NCBI GenBank assembly: GCA_045532805.1
Contig: JAZSGQ010000023.1
Span: 1-50,481, forward strand
Source: Eubacteriales bacterium
Lineage (GTDB): Bacteria > Bacillota > Clostridia > Oscillospirales > CAG-272
Direction: 5' to 3'
DNA: 50,481 nucleotides
The position numbers and the translations under genes were made by a program. The notes under the pieces are model-generated. The model saw nothing but the letters and a program-made list of their open reading frames with translations. It did no database searches and was not told where the DNA came from. Below are positions 19,115-28,765 of this stretch, piece after piece. Position 1 is the stretch's first letter. The number at the start of each line of letters is the position of its first letter.

Positions 19115-22100
19115 AAAGCAAAACAGATGGCTCGGCGCCCTCTCTCACATGGACGATGAGATCGTCGAAAAGCAAACGCATCAGCGTATCCTTCTTCTCT
19201 CGGGTGTAAAACGGCGCCGTTTCACCAAGCGGCTGTGGATCTCGGTCGGCTCCATGGCTGCGGCCCTGTTACTTGTCTTATCCTCCCTGCTCGTCCTCAT
19301 TCCGCTTCTTTCCAAGCAGGTGCCCATCTACACAGGCATGACCGTGTCGGGAAAGAATGACACGCCTACTCTTTCGTATGTGAGCGATCCCTTACAATAC
19401 GCGGCTCCCGGCACAAATAACGGCAATCATTACGGACAGTACAAGGGCGACTACGCAGGCCGCGAGGAGACCTTCGAGGAGATGCAAGAAAATCCGCTTG
19501 AGGATCACCTTCTGGTAACGGGCGGCGCACAATCGTTTTACACCGCCAAGCCCGGGGAAACCGTTCTGATCACCGTGCATTTCAACAACCCCGATGACTT
19601 TGAGATCCTCTCCTTCACCCTGAACGGCGAGAAATACGCCAGCCATATGTTCCGCGACGGATCAGACATGGAGAACATCATCGTTGAGGTCAACGTCGGT
19701 GACACCGAGGGTGTGGTAGAGTACACTATTGATGCCATCAAGTACGTAGACGGCACCGAGATCAAAGACGTCCGCATGGAGGGTGACGCAACCGTTCGGA
19801 TCGGCATTGCCGCAAACACCCAGCCCACAACGACCGTTACAAGCGAAAAAATCTCCTTTGATTCCGTTTCCTTCGATCTCGTGAACGAGGACGAGTTTGA
19901 CCTGATTACACTGAGCAACGGCACACTCACCGCCGTTCTCTATGACGGAAACGAGATCCTGTTCAAAAAAGATCTCCTTGCAACGGAAAACGCTTCGGTG
20001 AGCTTTGATGGGCTTTCGCCCAACCGCGTATACCAATATGCCGTCATCGCGCACTACGACGCCTTCGACGGCAACGGCGTGGCGGATCATATTCTCGTGC
20101 AAAAGACGTTTCGCACCGCTTGTCCCGTACTGTTTGACGGCATAACGGTGGGAATAAGCTCGCTTTCCTTTTCCTATCTCTGGGACGAGCAGGCCGCCGA
20201 CAGCACGATCTCGGCATCTCTTTGGCAAAACGGCATCCAGATCCGTGATATCGGTGCGGCCACGGCCATAAGCAACCTATTACCGAATACAGCCTACACA
20301 CTGGTAGCAAGCTACCGCGTGAACGGAAAGATTGAGCAGATCACACTGGAATTCACAACCGATCCGCTTATCTATACCGTGCGTTATCTGCTGGAATCGC
20401 CGGAAATCGGTTCCTACGCACTGACGGATGAGCAAAGCGTCTCTCTCGAACCCGGAGCCGCCTTTGCGCCCGAGGTGATTATGTTTGAGGGATTCACCTC
20501 TCCCAACGCCATCGTGAGGACTGCCTCCGTAGATGACCCCAACCCCGTAGTGGAATATCACTACACCCGCAACAGCTATTCTATTTCCTTTATGTCGGGT
20601 GGCTCCATGCACGCGGACACCCTTCGCTACGGCGAAACGCTGCCAAGCGGCGTGCGAGAGGGCTTCGTCTTCCTTGGCTGGTTTGACGCAAACGGTACGC
20701 AGTACACGACGGTTCCCGCAAAAAACATTGCCCTGTACGCCAGATACTCGCAAGAGCTTACCGCAGAGGATTTCTTCTATTCCGGCTCTACTGAGATCAC
20801 CATCACGGGTCTTAAAAATCTTGCGGTTACCGAGCTCGTAATCCCCGCCTACATCAACGGTGCAAGGGTGACGGGCATAGGCGCACAGGCGTTCAAAGAC
20901 AATACCCTGCTCACAAGCGTCACGCTTCCTTCTACGCTCCAAACCGTCGGCGCAGGTGCCTTTACAGGCTGTAGCGGATTGAGATCCACCTATTATGAGG
21001 GGACACTCGCCGATTGGTGCGGCATCACGTTTGAAAAAGACAGCAACGTCCAGCAAAATGAAGAGTTCCTCTACCCTGCGGAATATTATGCCGCCAACCC
21101 CATCGTATTGAGCCAAACGCTCTATCTTCTTTCCGCACCCACCGTGAACGTTCTCGGGGCCGAGATGACGCTGCCCGCCAATATCGCAACAGGCGGCTCC
21201 CTTTCCTTTGCGTGCAGCCCCATCACCAAACTCATCATCCCCGAGGGTGCTGTGCACGTTCCCTACGGCGCGTTTGCGGGTTGCCGCGATCTCACCGCGA
21301 TTCATTTTGACGCCACCGACATGCCCGATCATACCGGCAACTATTTGTATAGCATGCTCGGCGCAGGCGCGAACGGTGACGGCGTTGCCATCAGGATCGG
21401 TGAGGGCGTCACCCGTGTACCCGGCAGTCACTTGTTCCATGGCGCTAAGATTTGTGCGATCACCTTTGCCTCGGGCAGCAGATGCACCGAGATCGGCGCA
21501 CATGCATTCCAGACGGGCTATCGGGACGGCGCCTCGAAAAACATGTGCACCGAGCTCATACTCCCCGATGGACTTCTTACGATCGAAGCATACGCATTCA
21601 TTGGCATCGGCTCGGTCACGACCCTCTCGCTCCCGGACGGGCTCACCGCGATCGGCGATTACGCGTTCGCGGGCATCAGGTCGCTCACGTCTCTTGCGAT
21701 CCCCGCAAGCGTGACCACGCTCGGCACGTCGCCCTTTTCCGTATGCACCTCGCTTACGACTCTGACGATCCCTCGCGTACAGGACAAGCTCGCCACAATG
21801 CTTGGCACCAAGCCCTCCAATCTCCAAAGCGTGACGGTGCTGGGCGGCACGCAGCTGGCGGCAAGTGCATTTGCCGGCTACACCCACCTTACGAAGGTAT
21901 CGCTCCCCGGTACGCTGACCGAGATCGGCGGATCCGCCTTCAAGGGCTGCACACAGCTTGAGAGCATCACGCTACCCAACTCGGTAACAAAGCTCGATCA
22001 ATATGTTTTCCGGGACTGTGCGGCTCTCACAAACGTGACGCTTGGCAACGCCCTGCAGCAAATTGGCATCGGCACGTTCTTCGGCTGCACCTCTCTTGCA

Positions 22101-23759
22101 GACGTTTCACTGCCCTTAACGCTGACGAGCATTGGCAACCTGGTGTTCTCGGGCTGTACGGGTCTTACGAGCATCGTGATTCCCGACAGCGTTACCTCGG
22201 TTGGCACAAATCTTTTCAAGGATTGTGCAGATCTGATCACGGCAACGTTGCCCGCGATCGCATTGAGTGGATTGCCGCGCACCATTGTGTCGATCACCGT
22301 CACAAGCGGCACGAGCATCGGCGCCAATGCACTTCAGAATTGCACGAAGCTTACAAGCATCAAGATCCCCGAGAGCGTTACGACCATCGGCGCATATGCG
22401 TTCTCGGGTTGTACGAGCCTTTCCGACGTCGCGCTCCCCTCTGCGCTGAAGAGCATCGGTCGCTATGCCTTCCAGAACTGCGCGTTCGAGCAGCTTGCAA
22501 CGCCCGATTCCGTTACGCAGATCGGCCATGGATTTTTGGCAGGATGCCCCATTACCTCCCTTGTTATTTCACCCAACGTTACGAGTCTGAAGGGTCTGCT
22601 TTATGACGTTAAGCTTCTGACGGATCTCACCATACCGAATTGCGATTCCTACACAAGCTTGTATGACGGCACCACACTCGCCGAAGCCACGATCATACGT
22701 CTCACGCTTCGCGGCGGCACGGACACCTTCTTCCTTGATGCCTCCTGCACCTCGCTCGAGACTCTCACCATCACAAGCTGTGCTGGCACGATCCTCAGCT
22801 ACGATTCCTACGGAACCAATTGCCCCAATCTGACCTCTGTCAGCATTGGCGACGGCGTGACCGTCATCAACCGTTCTTCGTTTGCAGGATGCACGCGCCT
22901 TGCCAACGTTTCTCTGCCGAGCACGCTCAAAACCATTGAAAACGGGGCCTTCCAAAATTGCACGAGTCTTAGCGAGATAGCCATCCCCGAAGGCGTTGTT
23001 ACGATCGGCTCTGAAACCTTCCAAAATTGCAAAGCTATGGAAGCCGTATCCCTCCCGAGTACGCTGAAAGACATCGGAAGCAACGCATTTTGGGGGTGCA
23101 CCAACCTCAGATCCGCCCCCCTCCCGAACGGCCTCGAGAACCTGGGCTCCGGCGCGTTTGCAAATTGCACGGCGCTTCCCCTTACCGTCCATGAAAGCGG
23201 AAAATATCTTGGCAACGAAGAAAACCCGTATCTCGCGCTGATCGAAGCAACCGTCAGCACGAGCGGCTTTGAATTTTTGGAGCAAACCAGGATTATTGGC
23301 GGTAATGCCTTCGAGGGAAGCAGCCTTGACGTTCTCGTGATTCCCGAAAGCATCATCAGCATCTGCGACGATGCCTTCAGCTGGAGCGGTCTTGTAAGCG
23401 TGACTATCCATTGCAGGATCATTGGCGATCGCGCGTTTTATAACGCCCACCAGCTTCAGACCGTGGTACTTGGTGAAAACGTGGAGAGCATCGGCAGCGA
23501 TGCCTTTGTCGACACGGGCATCACCTCCATCACGATCCCCGACGGAGTCACGGGAATCGGTAACGGTGCTTTTAGCTCGTGCACCTCCCTTTCAAGCATA
23601 ACGATCTCCAATAGCGTTACAAGCATTGGAGCTTACGCCTTTGAGGGCTGCGACGACCTGACCGTGCATTTTATGGGCAGCAAGCAGGAATGGGACGCTA
23701 TCGACATTGGCGAGAGGAACGATGCCTTGATCTACGCCGAGATCATCTTCGCCGAATAA
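19107..23759 (+). CDS. Large single-pass membrane protein: anti-sigma-like N-terminus, FN3-like, MucBP-like and InlB-B-repeat-like stalk, BspA/TpLRR leucine-rich-repeat array
   Basis: GTG after AAGGAGG overlapping the sigma stop; ALSHMDDEIVE motif, basic patch and one TM helix; many LTSIxIPxSVTxIGxxAFxGC repeats; GFVFLGWF B-repeat. Confidence 0.85.
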   Translation: MDKKQNRWLGALSHMDDEIVEKQTHQRILLLSGVKRRRFTKRLWISVGSMAAALLLVLSSLLVLIPLLSKQVPIYTGMTVSGKNDTPTLSYVSDPLQYAAPGTNNGNHYGQYKGDYAGREETFEEMQENPLEDHLLVTGGAQSFYTAKPGETVLITVHFNNPDDFEILSFTLNGEKYASHMFRDGSDMENIIVEVNVGDTEGVVEYTIDAIKYVDGTEIKDVRMEGDATVRIGIAANTQPTTTVTSEKISFDSVSFDLVNEDEFDLITLSNGTLTAVLYDGNEILFKKDLLATENASVSFDGLSPNRVYQYAVIAHYDAFDGNGVADHILVQKTFRTACPVLFDGITVGISSLSFSYLWDEQAADSTISASLWQNGIQIRDIGAATAISNLLPNTAYTLVASYRVNGKIEQITLEFTTDPLIYTVRYLLESPEIGSYALTDEQSVSLEPGAAFAPEVIMFEGFTSPNAIVRTASVDDPNPVVEYHYTRNSYSISFMSGGSMHADTLRYGETLPSGVREGFVFLGWFDANGTQYTTVPAKNIALYARYSQELTAEDFFYSGSTEITITGLKNLAVTELVIPAYINGARVTGIGAQAFKDNTLLTSVTLPSTLQTVGAGAFTGCSGLRSTYYEGTLADWCGITFEKDSNVQQNEEFLYPAEYYAANPIVLSQTLYLLSAPTVNVLGAEMTLPANIATGGSLSFACSPITKLIIPEGAVHVPYGAFAGCRDLTAIHFDATDMPDHTGNYLYSMLGAGANGDGVAIRIGEGVTRVPGSHLFHGAKICAITFASGSRCTEIGAHAFQTGYRDGASKNMCTELILPDGLLTIEAYAFIGIGSVTTLSLPDGLTAIGDYAFAGIRSLTSLAIPASVTTLGTSPFSVCTSLTTLTIPRVQDKLATMLGTKPSNLQSVTVLGGTQLAASAFAGYTHLTKVSLPGTLTEIGGSAFKGCTQLESITLPNSVTKLDQYVFRDCAALTNVTLGNALQQIGIGTFFGCTSLADVSLPLTLTSIGNLVFSGCTGLTSIVIPDSVTSVGTNLFKDCADLITATLPAIALSGLPRTIVSITVTSGTSIGANALQNCTKLTSIKIPESVTTIGAYAFSGCTSLSDVALPSALKSIGRYAFQNCAFEQLATPDSVTQIGHGFLAGCPITSLVISPNVTSLKGLLYDVKLLTDLTIPNCDSYTSLYDGTTLAEATIIRLTLRGGTDTFFLDASCTSLETLTITSCAGTILSYDSYGTNCPNLTSVSIGDGVTVINRSSFAGCTRLANVSLPSTLKTIENGAFQNCTSLSEIAIPEGVVTIGSETFQNCKAMEAVSLPSTLKDIGSNAFWGCTNLRSAPLPNGLENLGSGAFANCTALPLTVHESGKYLGNEENPYLALIEATVSTSGFEFLEQTRIIGGNAFEGSSLDVLVIPESIISICDDAFSWSGLVSVTIHCRIIGDRAFYNAHQLQTVVLGENVESIGSDAFVDTGITSITIPDGVTGIGNGAFSSCTSLSSITISNSVTSIGAYAFEGCDDLTVHFMGSKQEWDAIDIGERNDALIYAEIIFAE

Positions 23760-23763
23760 CCCA

Positions 23764-23836
23764 AAAAACGGGGCGAGAAATCGCCCCGTTGCATAAAAAT
23801 AAGCCGTTCCGAGCAACTCGGAACGGCTTATTTTTC
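23764..23836. terminator. Two adjacent hairpins between convergent genes
   Basis: AACGGGGCGA-GAAA-TCGCCCCGTT and AATAAGCCGTTCCGA-GCAAC-TCGGAACGGCTTATT. Confidence 0.75.
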
Positions 23837-24034
23837 TTCCTTCACATACACCAAAATGTCCTCTACTCTGCAATCCAAGAATGTGCACAGATCATTCAGC
23901 GTAACCGTGCTGATCGGTTTATTGTGTTTCAAGCGATCGAGCAGACTGGTGCTGACCCCGTATTGATGGATCAGCTTATACGTCGTCATACCCTTTGCCT
24001 TCATCGTCTTGTAAAAGGGTGCATAGGAAATCAT
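23828..24034 (-). CDS. Small Cro/C1-type HTH regulator (YozG/HTH_26-like)
   Basis: MISYAPFYKTM...LLDRLKHNKPISTVTLNDLCTFLDCRVEDIL; GAGGTG RBS. Confidence 0.85.
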   Translation of the reverse strand: MISYAPFYKTMKAKGMTTYKLIHQYGVSTSLLDRLKHNKPISTVTLNDLCTFLDCRVEDILVYVKEEK

Positions 24035-24093
24035 ACCATCACCTCATTCGCGAATCATGTTATGCGCTCTTGGCCACAATTATCTATAAATAG

Positions 24094-24122
24094 AGTATAC
24101 CGCCAACAGCGTCATTTGTCAA
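24094..24122 (-). promoter_or_regulatory. SigA promoter of the HTH gene
   Basis: On - strand TTGACA-17 bp-TATACT. Confidence 0.7.
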
Positions 24123-24255
24123 GGAAGCAAAAACGAACCCCCTCGCACCCCTTTCGGCCTCGCTCGCCCATTCTCTCTGTCAAACTCCCCATAAAAGGCG
24201 CTCTCTTTTCATGTTTTTTCGTCACGCAGTTTTTCATTTTTCACCGCGCGCCCTC

Positions 24256-24284
24256 TTGACACGGGCGCGCGCGTATAGTATAAT
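24256..24284 (+). promoter_or_regulatory. SigA promoter of the pyr operon
   Basis: TTGACA(24256-24261)-17 bp-TATAAT(24279-24284). Confidence 0.85.
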
Positions 24285-24329
24285 ATTATAAATATGATTT
24301 ATAAGAGATTATCCCAACAGGAGGGCACC

Positions 24330-25550
24330 ATGACAAAGTTGAAGGAAATGCAGCAGATGGACACAAGCGTAATGTCCCTTGCTCCCTCTTTCCCTGTTTC
24401 CTCTATGTTTTCTCATGAGGATATCTCCCGCTTCGATTCCCCCCGTTATACTGTTTTTCCCGGCTTTTGTGACGTGCATGTGCACTTCCGTGAGCCGGGC
24501 TTTTCTTATAAGGAGACGATTGCGACGGGCTCGCGCGCGGCCGCGCGCGGCGGTTACACCGACGTGTGTACCATGCCGAATCTCTCCCCCGTCCCCGACA
24601 GCGTGGCGCATATCAAGGAGCAACTGGAGATCATCGCGCGTGATGCCGTGATCGGCGTTCATCCCTACGCCTCGATCACGGTGGGGGAGCAGGGCAAGGA
24701 GCTCTCCGACATGGAGGAGCTCGCGCCCCTTTGCATCGCCTACTCGGACGACGGACGCGGCGTGCAAAGCGACGATATGATGCGAGAGGCCATGCGGCGC
24801 GCCAGGGCCGCAGGCAAAATGATCGTGGCGCATTGCGAGGTCAACGAGCTTTTGCGCGGCGGCTATATCCACGATGGCGCGTACGCGCGCGCACACGGAC
24901 ACCGTGGCATCTGCTCCGAGAGCGAATGGGCACAGATCGCACGTGATATCGCACTTGTGCGCGAAACGGGCTGTGCCTACCACGTTTGCCACATCTCGAC
25001 CAAGGAGAGCGTTGCTCTCATTCGTGCAGCTAAAGCCGAGGGGCTTGACGTCACCTGTGAGACCGCGCCCCACTACCTTGTGATGGACGAGGGTGACCTG
25101 CAGGAGCACGGCCGCTTCAAAATGAATCCCCCCTTGCGCGGCGCGGACGACCGCGAGGCGCTGCTTGCGGGTCTGCTTGACGGCACGATTGATATGATCG
25201 CCACCGACCACGCGCCCCACTCCGCCGAGGAAAAATCCCGTGGGCTTGAGAAAAGCGCGTTTGGCATCGTGGGGCTCGAAACGGCACTCCCCCTGCTTTA
25301 CACCAAACTGGTGAAACCGGGAATCCTACCGATGGAGCGCCTGGTTGACGCCCTGTGCGAAGCACCCAGAAAGCGCTTTGGCATCAAGGCAGGCAACGAT
25401 TTCTCCATCTGGGAGTTGGATCGTAGTTTCACGGTCGATCCCGAGGAATTTGAAAGCATGGGACGCGCTACCCCCTTGGAGGGCATGGAGCTTTTGGGCA
25501 GATGCGTGTGCACCGTGCGCGACGGCAACGTCGTTTGGACAGAAGAATAA
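24330..25550 (+). CDS. pyrC: Dihydroorotase
   Basis: DVHVHFREPG, TMPN, FKMNPPLR, ATDHAPH; GGAGG RBS. Confidence 0.95.
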   Translation: MTKLKEMQQMDTSVMSLAPSFPVSSMFSHEDISRFDSPRYTVFPGFCDVHVHFREPGFSYKETIATGSRAAARGGYTDVCTMPNLSPVPDSVAHIKEQLEIIARDAVIGVHPYASITVGEQGKELSDMEELAPLCIAYSDDGRGVQSDDMMREAMRRARAAGKMIVAHCEVNELLRGGYIHDGAYARAHGHRGICSESEWAQIARDIALVRETGCAYHVCHISTKESVALIRAAKAEGLDVTCETAPHYLVMDEGDLQEHGRFKMNPPLRGADDREALLAGLLDGTIDMIATDHAPHSAEEKSRGLEKSAFGIVGLETALPLLYTKLVKPGILPMERLVDALCEAPRKRFGIKAGNDFSIWELDRSFTVDPEEFESMGRATPLEGMELLGRCVCTVRDGNVVWTEE

Positions 25551-25583
25551 ACTATAGTTTTCATAGATACGGAGGGTAACAAA

Positions 25584-28500
25584 ATGGCAAAAAGAACGGA
25601 TCTCAAGAAAATTCTCATCATCGGCTCGGGCCCCATCGTCATCGGTCAGGCCGCCGAGTTCGACTACGCAGGCACGCAAGCGTGCCTCGCACTCAAGGAG
25701 GAGGGCTACGAGGTAGTGCTTTGCAACTCGAACCCCGCCACCATTATGACCGATACCACGATCGCAGACAAGGTGTATATGGAGCCGCTGACGCTCGAAT
25801 ATATCGCCAAGATCCTGCGCATGGAGCGCCCCGACGCCATCATTCCCGGCATTGGCGGTCAGACGGGTCTGAACCTCGCCATGCAACTCGAGAAGAAGGG
25901 CGTGCTGAAGGAGTGCGGCGTGGAACTGCTCGGAACCAGTTCCGAGAGCATCGAGCGCGCCGAGGACAGAGAACTCTTCAAGGAACTCTGCCAGTCCATC
26001 GGTGAGCCCGTGATTCCCTCCGAGATCACCTACTCCATCGAGGAGGCAAAGGAAGCAGCCGCGCGTATCGGCTACCCCGTTGTGCTCCGTCCCGCCTTTA
26101 CCCTCGGCGGCACGGGCGGCGGCTTTGCCTATAACGAGCAGGAACTCGTTGAGATCGGTATGAACGCCTTCAAACTCTCCCCCGTGCACCAGGTGCTGAT
26201 CGAAAAGAGCGTCAAGGGCTACAAGGAGATCGAATTTGAGGTCATGCGTGATTCCAACGATACCGCCATCACCATCTGCGGTATGGAAAACGTTGACCCC
26301 GTCGGCGTGCACACGGGCGACTCCGTGGTGGTTGCACCCATTCTCTCGCTGAACGATCACGATTACAATATGCTGCGCAACTCCGCGCTCAAACTCATTC
26401 GCGAGCTCAAGATCTCGGGTGGCTGTAACGTACAGTTTGCGCTCAACCCCACGTCCAGCGAATACTATCTGATCGAAGTGAACCCCCGCGTTTCGCGTTC
26501 CTCGGCGCTTGCGTCCAAGGCATCGGGCTATCCCATTGCGCGCGTGACTGCGAAGATCGCCGTCGGCATGAACCTGGAGGAGATCCCCGTGGCAGGCGGT
26601 ACCGCCGCCATCGAGCCCCGACTGGACTATATCGTGGCCAAGTTCCCTCGCTTCCCGTTCGATAAGTTTGCCAACGCCACCAACGCGCTCGGCACGCAGA
26701 TGAAGGCAACGGGCGAGGTCATGGGCATCGGCTCCACGCTGGACGAGTGTATGCTCAAATCTGTGCGCTCCCTGGAAACGGGCGCATTCCACTTCCACCT
26801 GCCCAAGTTCGATGCCATGAGCATGGAGCAACTCACCGACTATATCAAGGACTACAAGGACGATACCGTCTTTGCCGTCACGGAACTGATCCGCCGCGGT
26901 ATGAGCATCGAGGAACTCCACGAGCGCACCAAGATCACCGAGTTGTTCCTGGAGAGTTTCGCCCGCATCGTGGAAATGGAGAATATCCTGCGCGATAAGA
27001 AGAACGACGCCAAGGCACTGCTTGCCGCCAAGACCATGGGCTTCTCGGACAAGTTCATCGCAAAACTCTGGGGTTGCACCGAACTTGACGTATACAACAA
27101 GCGCCACGAACTTTCCCTCTCCCCCGTGTTCCGTATGGTCGATACCCTGCACACGGGTAAGTATATCGCCTACCTGTACTCCTCTTATACGGGCGAGAAT
27201 CAGTCGCGCCTCACGGACAAGAAGAAGATCATCGTGCTGGGCGCAGGCCCCATTCGTATCGGTCAGGGTGTCGAGTTCGACTACTCCACCGTGCACGCCG
27301 TGCAGACCATCAAGCGCGCGGGCTACGAGGCCATCATCATCAACAATAACCCCGAAACGGTTTCCACCGACTACACCACCGCGGACAAGCTCTACTTCGA
27401 GCCCCTCACGCCCGAGGACGTGATGAACATCATCGAGTTCGAGCAGCCCGAGGGTGTGATCGCATCGCTCGGCGGCCAGACGGCCATTAACCTCGCGGAG
27501 CCGTTGCGCGCACGCGGCGTGAAGATCATCGGCACGGATTGCGACGCGATCGAGCGCGCCGAGAACCGCGACAGCTTTGAAAAGATCCTGCACGACCTGA
27601 ACATTCCCCAGCCCAAGGGCCATGCCGTGACCAAGATCGAGGACGGCATCCCCGCCGCCGCCGAGATCGGCTATCCCGTTCTGGTGCGCCCCTCCTTTGT
27701 GTTGGGCGGCCGCGCGATGCAGATCGTGGCAAACGAGGAGCAACTCCGCCACTACCTCAAAACCGCCGTGGAGATCGATGAGGACAAGCCCGTTCTGGTC
27801 GATAAGTATATCCAGGGCAAGGAAGTCGAGGTCGACGCCATCTGTGACGGACGCGACGTATTCGTGCCCGGCATCATGGAACTTGTAGAGCGCACGGGCG
27901 TGCACTCGGGCGACTCCATCAACGTCTATCCCACCTTCTCCATCTCGGACAAGGTCAAGGGCATCATTCTGCAGTATGCAAAGAAACTGGGTCTTGGCAT
28001 CGGTATCGTCGGGCTTTTCAACATCCAGTTCATCGTGGACGAGCACGATGACGTCTATATCATCGAGGTCAATCCCCGTTCCTCCCGTACCGTTCCCTTC
28101 CTTTCCAAGGCAACGGGTTACAGCTTGGCCGACATCGCAACCGATGTGATCATGGGCAAGTCCCTCAAGGAGCAGGGCATCTTCGATATCTATCCCCGTG
28201 AAAAGGATCGCTGGTACGTCAAGGCACCCGTGTTCTCCTTCAACAAACTCCGCGGCCTTGACGCTTACCTCTCCCCCGAGATGAAGTCCACGGGCGAGGC
28301 CATCGGCTATGACGACAAACTCAACCGCGCACTGTACAAGGCGCTCCAGGCGGGCGGCACGCATCTGCAGAACTACGGCACGGTGCTTGTGACCATTGCC
28401 GACAAGGACAAGGACGAGGCACTGCCCCTTATTCGCCGCTTCTATGACCTCGGCTTCAACATCGAGGCAACCGCAGGCACGGCGAAGTTCCTCAAGCAAA

Positions 28501-28757
28501 ACGGCATTCGTACCCGCGTGCTGAAGAAGATCAGCGACGGCTCCACCGAGATCGTGGATTCCATTCGCCAGGGACACATTGCATACGTCATCAACACGCG
28601 CGATATCGGCTCGCACGGACAGGCCTCCGACGGCGCAGAGATCCGTATGACCGCCACCGAGAACAACGTAACGATCTTCACCGCACTCGATACCGTCCGC
28701 GTCCTTCTGGACGTGCTGGAGGAGACCACGTTGCGCGTTTCCACCATTGATTCCTGA
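25584..28757 (+). CDS. carB: Carbamoyl-phosphate synthase large subunit
   Basis: IGSGPIVIGQAAEFDYAG; duplicated ATP-grasp halves; C-terminal MGS-like domain. Confidence 0.98.
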   Translation: MAKRTDLKKILIIGSGPIVIGQAAEFDYAGTQACLALKEEGYEVVLCNSNPATIMTDTTIADKVYMEPLTLEYIAKILRMERPDAIIPGIGGQTGLNLAMQLEKKGVLKECGVELLGTSSESIERAEDRELFKELCQSIGEPVIPSEITYSIEEAKEAAARIGYPVVLRPAFTLGGTGGGFAYNEQELVEIGMNAFKLSPVHQVLIEKSVKGYKEIEFEVMRDSNDTAITICGMENVDPVGVHTGDSVVVAPILSLNDHDYNMLRNSALKLIRELKISGGCNVQFALNPTSSEYYLIEVNPRVSRSSALASKASGYPIARVTAKIAVGMNLEEIPVAGGTAAIEPRLDYIVAKFPRFPFDKFANATNALGTQMKATGEVMGIGSTLDECMLKSVRSLETGAFHFHLPKFDAMSMEQLTDYIKDYKDDTVFAVTELIRRGMSIEELHERTKITELFLESFARIVEMENILRDKKNDAKALLAAKTMGFSDKFIAKLWGCTELDVYNKRHELSLSPVFRMVDTLHTGKYIAYLYSSYTGENQSRLTDKKKIIVLGAGPIRIGQGVEFDYSTVHAVQTIKRAGYEAIIINNNPETVSTDYTTADKLYFEPLTPEDVMNIIEFEQPEGVIASLGGQTAINLAEPLRARGVKIIGTDCDAIERAENRDSFEKILHDLNIPQPKGHAVTKIEDGIPAAAEIGYPVLVRPSFVLGGRAMQIVANEEQLRHYLKTAVEIDEDKPVLVDKYIQGKEVEVDAICDGRDVFVPGIMELVERTGVHSGDSINVYPTFSISDKVKGIILQYAKKLGLGIGIVGLFNIQFIVDEHDDVYIIEVNPRSSRTVPFLSKATGYSLADIATDVIMGKSLKEQGIFDIYPREKDRWYVKAPVFSFNKLRGLDAYLSPEMKSTGEAIGYDDKLNRALYKALQAGGTHLQNYGTVLVTIADKDKDEALPLIRRFYDLGFNIEATAGTAKFLKQNGIRTRVLKKISDGSTEIVDSIRQGHIAYVINTRDIGSHGQASDGAEIRMTATENNVTIFTALDTVRVLLDVLEETTLRVSTIDS

Positions 28758-28765
28758 GGTTTTTG

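Noticed and set aside
19107-23759. Diversity-generating retroelement or invertible shufflon acting on the LRR gene
   Set aside because: No reverse transcriptase, recombinase or near-identical template/variable repeat pair seen; LRR units are diverged at DNA level
24285-24330. PyrR attenuator or riboswitch before pyrC
   Set aside because: Leader is only about 40 nt, with no PyrR-binding loop and no terminator
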